A DNA stretch of 64,000 bases from Nitrospirota bacterium (GTDB lineage: Bacteria; Nitrospirota; Nitrospiria; 2-01-FULL-66-17): NCBI GenBank assembly GCA_049325335.1, contig JBMOMC010000045.1, positions 50,032 through 114,031 on the forward strand, read 5' to 3'. The notes under the pieces were generated by a model, which had not been told where the DNA came from, did not search any database, and saw nothing but the letters and a program-made list of their open reading frames with translations. A program made the position numbers and the translations under genes. Position 1 is the stretch's first letter, and every line of letters begins with the position of its first letter. Below are positions 56,416 to 64,000 of the stretch, one piece after another.

Positions 56416-57624
56416 TCAGCCCACGACGGATCCCATCTGGAAGATGGGCAGGTACATCGCGATGACGATGAACCCGATCGTGATACCGAGAAACACCATG
56501 AGCATCGGCTCAAGGAGCGAGGTCAACGCCCCGACCGCGGTGTCCACCTCGTCGTCGTAAAAGTCCGCGATCTTGGACAACATGGCGTCCAACGCGCCGG
56601 TGGTTTCGCCGACCGAAATCATCTGGACCACCATCGGCGGGAACACTTTGGTCTGCGCCAACGGCTCGGACACGGTTTTCCCTTCGCTGATGCTCTGACG
56701 CGCGGTCATCAGGGCCTGTTCCACGGTTTTGTTGCCCGCCGTTCGTGCCACGATCGAAAGACCGTCCAGAATGGGGACGCCGCTGGAAATCAGCGTGCCG
56801 AGCGTGCGCGTGAACTTCGCCACCGCGGCTTTTCGGATCAAGTCCCCGACCACCGGAATCTTGAGCGCGTTGTGATCGATCAGCTTTCGGCCGCCCTCGG
56901 TCGCGTAGTAGCGCTTGACGGCCCAGCCGGCTCCGACCGCGCCCAGCACGATGAAGATAATGTTGCTCTTCATAAAACCGCTCGCGGCCATCACAATCCG
57001 CGTGGGAAGCGGCAACACCCCGCCGAAATCCGTGAACATGCTGGCGAAGATCGGGATCACCCACACCATCAACACACCGATTACGATGACCGCGACGCTG
57101 ATAATGATGCCGGGATACACCATCGCGGCCTTGACCTGCTTCTTGAGCTTCATCGACTTCTCGATGTGTTTGGCGAGACGGCTCAGGATCGTATCCAGAA
57201 TCCCGCCGGCTTCCCCGGCCGCCACCATGTTCACATACAAGTCGTCGAACACCTTGGGGTGTTTGCGCAACGCGTCGGCGTACGTCGCCCCGCTCTCCAC
57301 GTCGGCTCGGACCACTCCGACCGTTTTGGCCAGGGTCTTATTTTCGGTTTGGTTGGAGAGAATCTCCAGGCACTGCACCAGCGGCAACCCGGCGTCGATC
57401 ATCGTGGAAAACTGTCGGGTGAAAATCACGATATCTTTTTCGCCGACCTTGCCGCCAAAGCGCCCTCCGACCTTCTTCTCGGCCGGCTTGGGCTGCACCG
57501 ACGGCGACACGATGTTTTGTTTGCGCAATTGCGAGATTGCGTCTTCCTTACTCTGAGCGACCAGTTCGCCCTTTTGGGCTTGCCCCTGGCGGGTTTTGCC
57601 GCTCCACACGAATGTCGTCGCCAT
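56416..57624 (-). CDS. pilC: Type IV pilus platform protein
   Basis: FTRQFSTMIDAGLPL, AGEAGG.LD, YLPIF. Confidence 0.95.
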   Translation of the reverse strand: MATTFVWSGKTRQGQAQKGELVAQSKEDAISQLRKQNIVSPSVQPKPAEKKVGGRFGGKVGEKDIVIFTRQFSTMIDAGLPLVQCLEILSNQTENKTLAKTVGVVRADVESGATYADALRKHPKVFDDLYVNMVAAGEAGGILDTILSRLAKHIEKSMKLKKQVKAAMVYPGIIISVAVIVIGVLMVWVIPIFASMFTDFGGVLPLPTRIVMAASGFMKSNIIFIVLGAVGAGWAVKRYYATEGGRKLIDHNALKIPVVGDLIRKAAVAKFTRTLGTLISSGVPILDGLSIVARTAGNKTVEQALMTARQSISEGKTVSEPLAQTKVFPPMVVQMISVGETTGALDAMLSKIADFYDDEVDTAVGALTSLLEPMLMVFLGITIGFIVIAMYLPIFQMGSVVG

Positions 57625-57656
57625 GGTGTCCTAGCCTCCTCCCGGCCCCGTCAGGG

Positions 57657-58766
57657 CTATTTAACGATCCCGACCCGTCGCGGCGCCGGCGCGTGACTGA
57701 GCCCGGCGCGGTCCATCATGGAGAGCAGCTCGTCGGTCACGCTCGACCGCGCCATCGCGTCTTCATACGAGATGTTGCGCTTGCTGTAGTGATCCAACAG
57801 GGACTGGTTCATGGTCTGCATGCCGAACTTGTTCTGCCCCGTTTGCATCGTCGAATAAATCTGGTGCACCTTGTCCTCGCGGATGAGATTGCGGATCGCA
57901 GGGTTCGGCACCATCACTTCCATGGCCATGACGCGCCCCTGGCCGTTGGCTTTAGGAATCAATTGCTGTGAAATAACCCCCTCCAGCACGAACGAGAGTT
58001 GCGCGCGCACCTGCGGCTGTTGGTGCGCGGGGAACACGTCCACGACCCGGTTGATGGTCTGCGCGCAACTGTTCGTGTGCAGCGTGGCCAAGGTCAGGTG
58101 GCCGGTCTCCGCGATGGTCAACGCGGCCTCGATCGTCTCCAGGTCGCGCAACTCGCCGACCAGCACTACGTCGGGGTCCTGGCGGAGGATGTATTTCAAC
58201 GCGGACTTAAACGTCTTGGTGTCCGACGTCACTTCGCGCTGGTTGATAAGCGATTTTTTATGGCCGTGAATAAACTCGATCGGGTCCTCGATCGTGATGA
58301 TGTGATCGTGGCGTTCGGAGTTAATCCGGTCGATCATGGCGGCCAATGTGGTGGACTTGCCGCTCCCGGTGGGGCCGGTCACCAAAATGAGGCCGCGAGG
58401 CCGCTTGATGAGCTCGGAAATGACCGAGGGCAGGCCCAGCTCCTCCATGGTTTTGGTTTGGATAGGGATGACGCGGATCGCGGCCGCAACCGCGCCGCGT
58501 TGCATGAACACGTTCGCCCGAAACCGGCTTAATCCCTTGAGGCCGAACGAGAGGTCAAGTTCGCTCTCTTCTTCGAACCGATGTTTCTGTGCGTCCGTCA
58601 ACACGCTGTAGATGAGCTGCTTGGTTTCGGCCGGCCCCAACACGGGGTGGTTCATCGGCGTCAGATGGCCGTTCAACCGCATTTGCGGAGCCGTGCCGGT
58701 CGTAATATGCAGGTCCGACGCGCCCTTTTCGATCATCTGTTGCAGCATCTCGTACAGCGTGGACAT
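57657..58766 (-). CDS. pilT: Retraction ATPase
   Basis: ASDLH, GPTGSGKSTT, LRQDPD, AIRNLIRE. Confidence 0.96.
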   Translation of the reverse strand: MSTLYEMLQQMIEKGASDLHITTGTAPQMRLNGHLTPMNHPVLGPAETKQLIYSVLTDAQKHRFEEESELDLSFGLKGLSRFRANVFMQRGAVAAAIRVIPIQTKTMEELGLPSVISELIKRPRGLILVTGPTGSGKSTTLAAMIDRINSERHDHIITIEDPIEFIHGHKKSLINQREVTSDTKTFKSALKYILRQDPDVVLVGELRDLETIEAALTIAETGHLTLATLHTNSCAQTINRVVDVFPAHQQPQVRAQLSFVLEGVISQQLIPKANGQGRVMAMEVMVPNPAIRNLIREDKVHQIYSTMQTGQNKFGMQTMNQSLLDHYSKRNISYEDAMARSSVTDELLSMMDRAGLSHAPAPRRVGIVK

Positions 58767-58806
58767 CAGCGATGACCCTCCCTCTCGTCAAGTGAACGCG
58801 GCACGC

Positions 58807-60651
58807 TCAATCGGCAAAGGTCGTACCGACCACTTCCTCAACCGTGGTGAACCCTTCGCGGACCTTTTGCAACCCGGCCATGCGCAAGGTTTTCATCCCG
58901 GTTTCGATGGCCTTGCGTTTGATTTCATCCGCGGTTCCTCCTTGTAGGATCAACTCGCGAATCCCTTCGCCGACCGGCATCACTTCATATAACGCGACCC
59001 GGCCCTTGTACCCGGTGTCCGTACACGTCTGACACCCTTTGCCGTGATACGTTTTCAACGAGCCGACCTCGGACGGCGAGAACCCGGCCGTGATCAGCGT
59101 CTCCTCCGAAAGCTTGATCTCTTCTTTACATTGAGAACAGATCCGCCGCGCCAAACGCTGAGCCAAAATCAGGACCACCGACGACGCCACCATAAACGGC
59201 TCGATGCCCATGTTCAGCAATCGGTTGATGGTGCTCGGCGCGTCATTAGTGTGGAGCGTGGACAACACCAAGTGGCCGGTCAGCGCGGCCTTCACTGCGA
59301 TTTCGGCCGTTTCATAGTCGCGGATTTCGCCGACCATCACCACGTCCGGGTCCTGACGGAGAAAGGACCGCAGCGCCGCCGCAAAATTCAGCCCGATATC
59401 GTCCTTCATCTGCACCTGGTTGATGCCCATTAGGTTGTATTCGACCGGGTCTTCCGCGGTCATGATGTTGATGTCCGGCTGATTGATCGTGGACAAGGCG
59501 GAATACAACGTGGTGGATTTGCCGCTCCCGGTCGGCCCCGTCACCAACACCATGCCGTAGGGCGAGTTGATCGCCTTCATGAAATCATCCATCGCCTTTT
59601 GTTCGAACCCCAGTTTGCCGAGATCAAGCGACAGATTGCTCTTGTCCAGAATACGGAGCACGACCTTCTCGCCGAACAAACACGGCAGCACCGAGACGCG
59701 GAAATCCACGTCGCGTTTCTTGCTCAGTTTCAGTTTGATGCGCCCATCTTGGGGCAGCCGCCGTTCCGCGATATCGAGTTTGGACATGATCTTAATTCGC
59801 GATGTCGCCGCGTTGCGGATCTTGAGCGGAAGATTCATCACCGTCTTGAGCGCGCCGTCCACCCGGAATCGGACGCGGAACACCGTCTCAAACGGTTCAA
59901 TGTGAATATCACTGGCGCCGACTTTGATGGCGTTGATCAACACGCCGTTGACCAATTTGATGATCGGCGCCTCGATGTCGGTCTCTGCGCCGGTGTCCTG
60001 CTGTTCTTCGACCACATCGACGTTGTCGAGCGCGTCGCCGACGACTTGATCGAAATCTTCCACGTTGACGGTGGGGCCTTCCTCGGTCTCCGCGAACGTG
60101 GTCTCACCGATGTCGTCCACCGTGTAGTCTTTCGCGCTCAGAATCGCGGCGCGGTCATGCTTGGCGGCCTCTTGCGGCTGCCCCTGCCCGCCGCCGTATG
60201 CGGCTTGGATGGCCGAGATGATCGAGGACTCGCTTGCCACCACCGGTTCGATGGTGTAGCCGGTCAGGAATTTAATGTCATCGAGCGCGAACACGTCGCT
60301 CGGGTCGGCCATCGCCAAGGTCACGACTGATCCGGTTCGCTTCACCGGGACCACCTTATATTTCTTGATGGCGTCGGCCGGTATCAACTTCATCACGGCC
60401 GGGTCGACTTTGATCTTGGAGAGATCAACGGACGGCATCCCGAACTGCTGGCTGAGAAACGCGAGCAATTTGGCTTCATCCAGAAAGCCCATCCGCACGA
60501 GAATACTGCCCAAACGCCCGCCGGTTTTTTTCTGCGCGATGATCGCGCGCTGCAGTTGATCGTCGGAGACCAGTTGAGCCGCAACGAGAAGGCGCCCCAG
60601 CTTTTCGCTGGCGACCGTAGAAGGCGGCGGAGAAGATGGGGTTGCGGGCAT
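58807..60651 (-). CDS. pilB: Type IV pilus assembly ATPase
   Basis: N-terminal LG.LLV/RLG.IL motifs, ASDIHIEP, RLPQDG, GPTGSGKS, Zn CxxC pairs; start uncertain. Confidence 0.96.
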   Translation of the reverse strand: MPATPSSPPPSTVASEKLGRLLVAAQLVSDDQLQRAIIAQKKTGGRLGSILVRMGFLDEAKLLAFLSQQFGMPSVDLSKIKVDPAVMKLIPADAIKKYKVVPVKRTGSVVTLAMADPSDVFALDDIKFLTGYTIEPVVASESSIISAIQAAYGGGQGQPQEAAKHDRAAILSAKDYTVDDIGETTFAETEEGPTVNVEDFDQVVGDALDNVDVVEEQQDTGAETDIEAPIIKLVNGVLINAIKVGASDIHIEPFETVFRVRFRVDGALKTVMNLPLKIRNAATSRIKIMSKLDIAERRLPQDGRIKLKLSKKRDVDFRVSVLPCLFGEKVVLRILDKSNLSLDLGKLGFEQKAMDDFMKAINSPYGMVLVTGPTGSGKSTTLYSALSTINQPDINIMTAEDPVEYNLMGINQVQMKDDIGLNFAAALRSFLRQDPDVVMVGEIRDYETAEIAVKAALTGHLVLSTLHTNDAPSTINRLLNMGIEPFMVASSVVLILAQRLARRICSQCKEEIKLSEETLITAGFSPSEVGSLKTYHGKGCQTCTDTGYKGRVALYEVMPVGEGIRELILQGGTADEIKRKAIETGMKTLRMAGLQKVREGFTTVEEVVGTTFAD

Positions 60652-60739
60652 CGTCCGTGATGTCTGAAGAACGGGCGAAAGTCTAATCGAGGGGTCAACC
60701 TTTGTCAAAAAGTTGACATTTTTTGTCTCCGCGCCACGG

Positions 60740-61621
60740 TCATTGCGTGTGAATAGAATGGATCAGCGCCCGCCGCATGACCTGAATGGGCGGTCGACGA
60801 CCGGTCCACACCGTGAAGGCCAACGCGCCTTGGTGCAACAACATGCCCACGCCGCCCGCGCAGGCCGACCCGAGGGCGCGGGCGCGGCGCAGCAGGGCGG
60901 TCGGGGTGTGATAGATCAGGTCGTACACGGCGACGCGCGGCTCCAACCAGTGAATGGGCACCGGCGAGCCGTCTTCCGGCCGCATGCCCACGGACGTGCA
61001 CTGAATCACGGCCCGCAGGGTCCGGGCGGGCGGCAGCGCCTCCAGGGAACGGCCGACCCATTCCACCCCGGGAAACAACCGCCGAAACCGGCGGACCAGG
61101 CCCTGGGCTCTGGACGTCGAACGGTTCGCGACCACCACGGCTCGCGCGCCGGACATCGCCAGTCCCGCGGCCACAGCCCGCGCCGCGCCGCCCGCGCCCA
61201 CGACCAGAAAACGTCCGCCGCGGACCGTGACCCCGGTATCCTCGCGCAACGACCGCAAAAACCCCCGGGCATCGGTGTTCTGCCCGATCAGTCGCCCGTC
61301 CCGACAGACGATGGTGTTGACGGCCCCGATGATCCTTGCCTCCGGCGACACGTCATCTAACATCGGGATCACCAGTTCCTTCAGGGGAATCGTCACATTG
61401 GCCCCGACCATGCCCAGCGCCCGGAGGCCGTGGACCGCGTGTCGCAGGTTTTTCGGCGGCACCGCGAAGGCCACGTATCGGTAATCGAGCCCCAATGCGG
61501 CAAAGGCCGCGTTGTGCATGGCCGGGGACCGACTGTGCGCAACCGGCCACCCCAACACCGCCACCACGCGCGTGCGGCCGGAGATGGCCGGCACGGGAAC
61601 CCGCGCCGCGAGCCGGCTCAC
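60740..61621 (-). CDS. aroE: Shikimate dehydrogenase
   Basis: HSRSPAMHN, GANVTIPLK, GAVNT, NTD..GF, GAGGAARA. Confidence 0.95.
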   Translation of the reverse strand: MSRLAARVPVPAISGRTRVVAVLGWPVAHSRSPAMHNAAFAALGLDYRYVAFAVPPKNLRHAVHGLRALGMVGANVTIPLKELVIPMLDDVSPEARIIGAVNTIVCRDGRLIGQNTDARGFLRSLREDTGVTVRGGRFLVVGAGGAARAVAAGLAMSGARAVVVANRSTSRAQGLVRRFRRLFPGVEWVGRSLEALPPARTLRAVIQCTSVGMRPEDGSPVPIHWLEPRVAVYDLIYHTPTALLRRARALGSACAGGVGMLLHQGALAFTVWTGRRPPIQVMRRALIHSIHTQ

Positions 61622-62163
61622 GCCCGCACTCCCTGCTGAGCGCCAAGAATTTGCACCCCTCGTATCAGATAGTGCAGACCCGACGCCACGGTGAGGACGG
61701 AGACCCCGCCCAGCGATACCAGGATCACCCATCCGGGCAACGGCATGGTGGTCCCCGCCAGCACGGCCAGGATGTAGACGAGTTGGAGCACGGTCGTGGC
61801 CTTTCCCATCAAAGTCGGAGCAATGTCCGGTTGCTCACGAAAGAGGTGGAGCACCAGGGAACCCACGCTGATGATGATGTCTCGGCTCACCACAATAATC
61901 GTGACCCACAGCGGCACGAACCCTCCCACGGACAGCACCACGAACGCCGCCACCAGGAGGAGCTTATCCGCCAACGGGTCCAGATACCGGCCCAAGGTCG
62001 TTTGCTGATTGAGCAGGCGCGCGATCAGGCCATCCAGGGCATCCGTCAGCCCGGCGACCAAAAACACCACTAGTGCGGTTGAAAGATGGCCGTAGAGTAC
62101 GAGGCCCACAAACAGCGGGACCAACAGGATACGAAGCAGGGTCAATGCATTCGGGATATTCAC
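61618..62163 (-). CDS. CDP-alcohol phosphatidyltransferase (PgsA-like)
   Basis: NIPNALTLLR, TDALDGLIAR...T.LG..LDPLADK. Confidence 0.92.
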   Translation of the reverse strand: MNIPNALTLLRILLVPLFVGLVLYGHLSTALVVFLVAGLTDALDGLIARLLNQQTTLGRYLDPLADKLLLVAAFVVLSVGGFVPLWVTIIVVSRDIIISVGSLVLHLFREQPDIAPTLMGKATTVLQLVYILAVLAGTTMPLPGWVILVSLGGVSVLTVASGLHYLIRGVQILGAQQGVRA

Positions 62164-62507
62164 GGACGGCTCCCCCCCATGACCACGACCAACGCCCCTG
62201 CGGATGGCGCAATCCACAAAAACTGTTGACAACGTGTGCACAACCGCGCCTTCGCGTCAAGAATCGCCCGGCATCATCGGTGTTTCAAGCGTGTTGCCTA
62301 AAACGTGGGCACACGTTTGCACAGTATTTCAATGAGTTCGATTCCGATAGGGGTACCCGGTCCACGCCAACGCCGCTGTGGGCCACCCCACACATGGGGC
62401 TTGCCCTCGATCCTTTGACACAGGTATAATTCCCGCCTCTTACTCGAGGGATACGCCGGAATGGTTGGACCGATCCTCCGCACGGCTCGCAAGGGAGAGC
62501 GTCTATT

Positions 62508-62798
62508 ATGATGATGGAAATTCACCAAGTTGAAGGGTTTGATCCTCAACATCGCTCGTTTAATCGCAACGCGGAGATCCACCGCGGTGAGCAAGGCCTG
62601 TCCGCCCGGTTTTTCTATGAAGGGCTCCGCGTGGATACCGGGACGTTTTTTGAGGTCGAGCAGGTCATGCACGATCTGATCGAACGCCTCCGCCGGGTGG
62701 GCTTTACCCTGCTGCGGTCGCGCGTGAATTTTCGAGGCTCCCGCTACCTGGCCGAACGCCAACCCTGGATCGACTATCCGGACCCGGTCGCGCGTTGA
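62508..62798 (+). CDS. Hypothetical protein
   Basis: Clean ORF with purine-rich RBS filling the gap between opposite-strand genes; TATAAT upstream. Confidence 0.65.
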   Translation: MMMEIHQVEGFDPQHRSFNRNAEIHRGEQGLSARFFYEGLRVDTGTFFEVEQVMHDLIERLRRVGFTLLRSRVNFRGSRYLAERQPWIDYPDPVAR

Positions 62799-62805
62799 CC
62801 TCCGG

Positions 62806-63297
62806 TCACGCCACGCGGGGGGCTCCGACCACCGAATCCTCGCGGTGAGCGGATTCGGCGGCCAAGTCCAGACTCTTTTCAATCCCCCGAAGGAATCCTC
62901 GGAACTGCTCCACCAGTTCGATCTGTCGGCGACGCCAGGTAATGACCTCCTGCTCAATGTCATGACGTTCGTCGCGGGCTTTGCGCGTCAGCGAATCCGC
63001 CGCCACCTCCGCCTCCCGGATGCGGAGTTCGGCTTCACGCTGGGCATGCCGCTTCATGTCGTCAACCATACGTTCGGCCGACACTAATGTCTGATTGATC
63101 AACTCTTCCTTACGCTTGAGCTCTTCAAGGGCCGCCTCGAGCGCGGTAATCCGGTCCTTCGAGTCTCGGTTCTCTTTCATGAGCTCCTCGAACGTCTCCG
63201 ACAGGCTCGACACGAACGCATCGACCTCGTGACGATCGTACCCGCGGAACGCGCGACGGAACCCGATTTGCTGAATGTCGGCCGGTGTCACCTTCAT
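62806..63297 (-). CDS. divIVA: DivIVA-domain protein
   Basis: TPADI...F.R.FRGYD..EVD.F plus coiled coil. Confidence 0.92.
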   Translation of the reverse strand: MKVTPADIQQIGFRRAFRGYDRHEVDAFVSSLSETFEELMKENRDSKDRITALEAALEELKRKEELINQTLVSAERMVDDMKRHAQREAELRIREAEVAADSLTRKARDERHDIEQEVITWRRRQIELVEQFRGFLRGIEKSLDLAAESAHREDSVVGAPRVA

Positions 63298-63303
63298 AAG
63301 TAT

Positions 63304-63438
63304 TGCCCTCCGTTGTTCATGTCCGGCCCGGTCCGTCCGCCAACGGACATCATGAGCCAGCGTACTCGCTAGGAACCCGTCCGAGCAAGCCCAGTTGGAG
63401 CCTGTTCAGGGAAGGCCAGATGCCAGGCGGAGGGAGGA
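63304..63438. ncRNA. Structured RNA candidate between yggT and divIVA
   Basis: Long-range pairing TCCGTCCGCC/GGCGGAGGGA, nested GACATC/GATG and GCC/GGC stems, AGCG-TACT-CGCT hairpin. Confidence 0.45.
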
Positions 63439-63450
63439 TCTTGCGCGCCT

Positions 63451-63478
63451 GTAGGGGCGTATGGCCATACGCCCCTAC
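63451..63478. repeat. GTAG-type REP palindrome
   Basis: Perfect palindrome GTAGGGGCGTATGGCCATACGCCCCTAC. Confidence 0.75.
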
Positions 63479-63540
63479 GATAACCGTGAGCACGCAAGAC
63501 CGACCGACAACGCCGCAGATGGCCTTTCATGGACAGGCTC

Positions 63541-63840
63541 CTAATGAAACTGCATCGCCGCCTGCCGCAGGCTCGCCACCAAGAACGACTGCAGGAAAAT
63601 AATGATGACGATGACGATCAATGGCGACAGGTCGATTCCCAGCCCGTACCCGCCCATAACCCGGCGAATCGGGTAAAATATCGGTTCGGTCACCTTGCGC
63701 AGAAACTGCACAATGGGGTTGTATGGGTCAGGATTGACCCACGACAGTAGGGCGGCGATGATCACCACCCACTTGTAAAACTCCAAGACCATGTCCAGCA
63801 CCGTGGCCACCGCCCCCAAAAAATTCCCCGCGACGAACAT
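63541..63840 (-). CDS. yggT: YggT family membrane protein
   Basis: LLSWVNPDPYNPIVQFL..VTEP, IDLSP. Confidence 0.94.
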   Translation of the reverse strand: MFVAGNFLGAVATVLDMVLEFYKWVVIIAALLSWVNPDPYNPIVQFLRKVTEPIFYPIRRVMGGYGLGIDLSPLIVIVIIIFLQSFLVASLRQAAMQFH

Positions 63841-63849
63841 CCGCCTCCC

Positions 63850-64000
63850 TCAGACCTCGCCTATGACGCGTTCCGATTGAACGCCAACCGGAGTTCGGGC
63901 GCCGAAAATCGCGGTCCCGACCCGCACCATCGTCGCGCCTTCCTGCACCGCGATCTCAAAATCGTGACTCATCCCCATCGAGTATTCGAGGCGACGCTCG
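63850..64000 (-). CDS. yggS: PLP homeostasis protein, C-terminal part (truncated by window)
   Basis: [29 protein letters not shown]. Confidence 0.93.
   Translation of the reverse strand, partial: ERRLEYSMGMSHDFEIAVQEGATMVRVGTAIFGARTPVGVQSERVIGEV

Noticed and set aside
62205..62330. DnaA-box cluster or sigma54 promoter
   Set aside because: All candidate boxes have at least 2 mismatches, there is no dnaA or unwinding element nearby, and the sigma54 match is weak.

Overview
GC-rich bacterial chromosomal segment; gene content and repeat types suggest Nitrospirota (inferred, not searched). The left end carries the most unusual element: a CRISPR array end (three identical 37-bp repeats plus one degenerate), a predicted ~170-nt tracrRNA, and a 1020-aa RuvC/bridge-helix/HNH nuclease. 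The nuclease has Zn-ribbon and RRxRR motifs resembling compact type II-D (SMART-like) Cas9s, an Asn->Ala change in the HNH motif, and an ORF6N-domain gene 21 bp upstream. No cas1/cas2 is in the window. Housekeeping genes follow: lysS, lolCE/lolD, the trp operon, cobB and gltBD. An accessory region (~24.7-42 kb) holds a TPR/beta-propeller lipoprotein bracketed by a duplicated gltD 3' end, two toxin-antitoxin modules (one with a nonsense toxin), msrB, an FRG protein, oxyR-katG with a catalase remnant, three unannotated small ORFs and integrase-less attC-like sites. The rest is core genes: ychF, hppA, pth, rplY, prs, tRNA-Gln, ispE, pilBTCSR with HDOD/GGDEF genes, aroE, divIVA, yggT and partial yggS. 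A structured RNA candidate lies upstream of divIVA.
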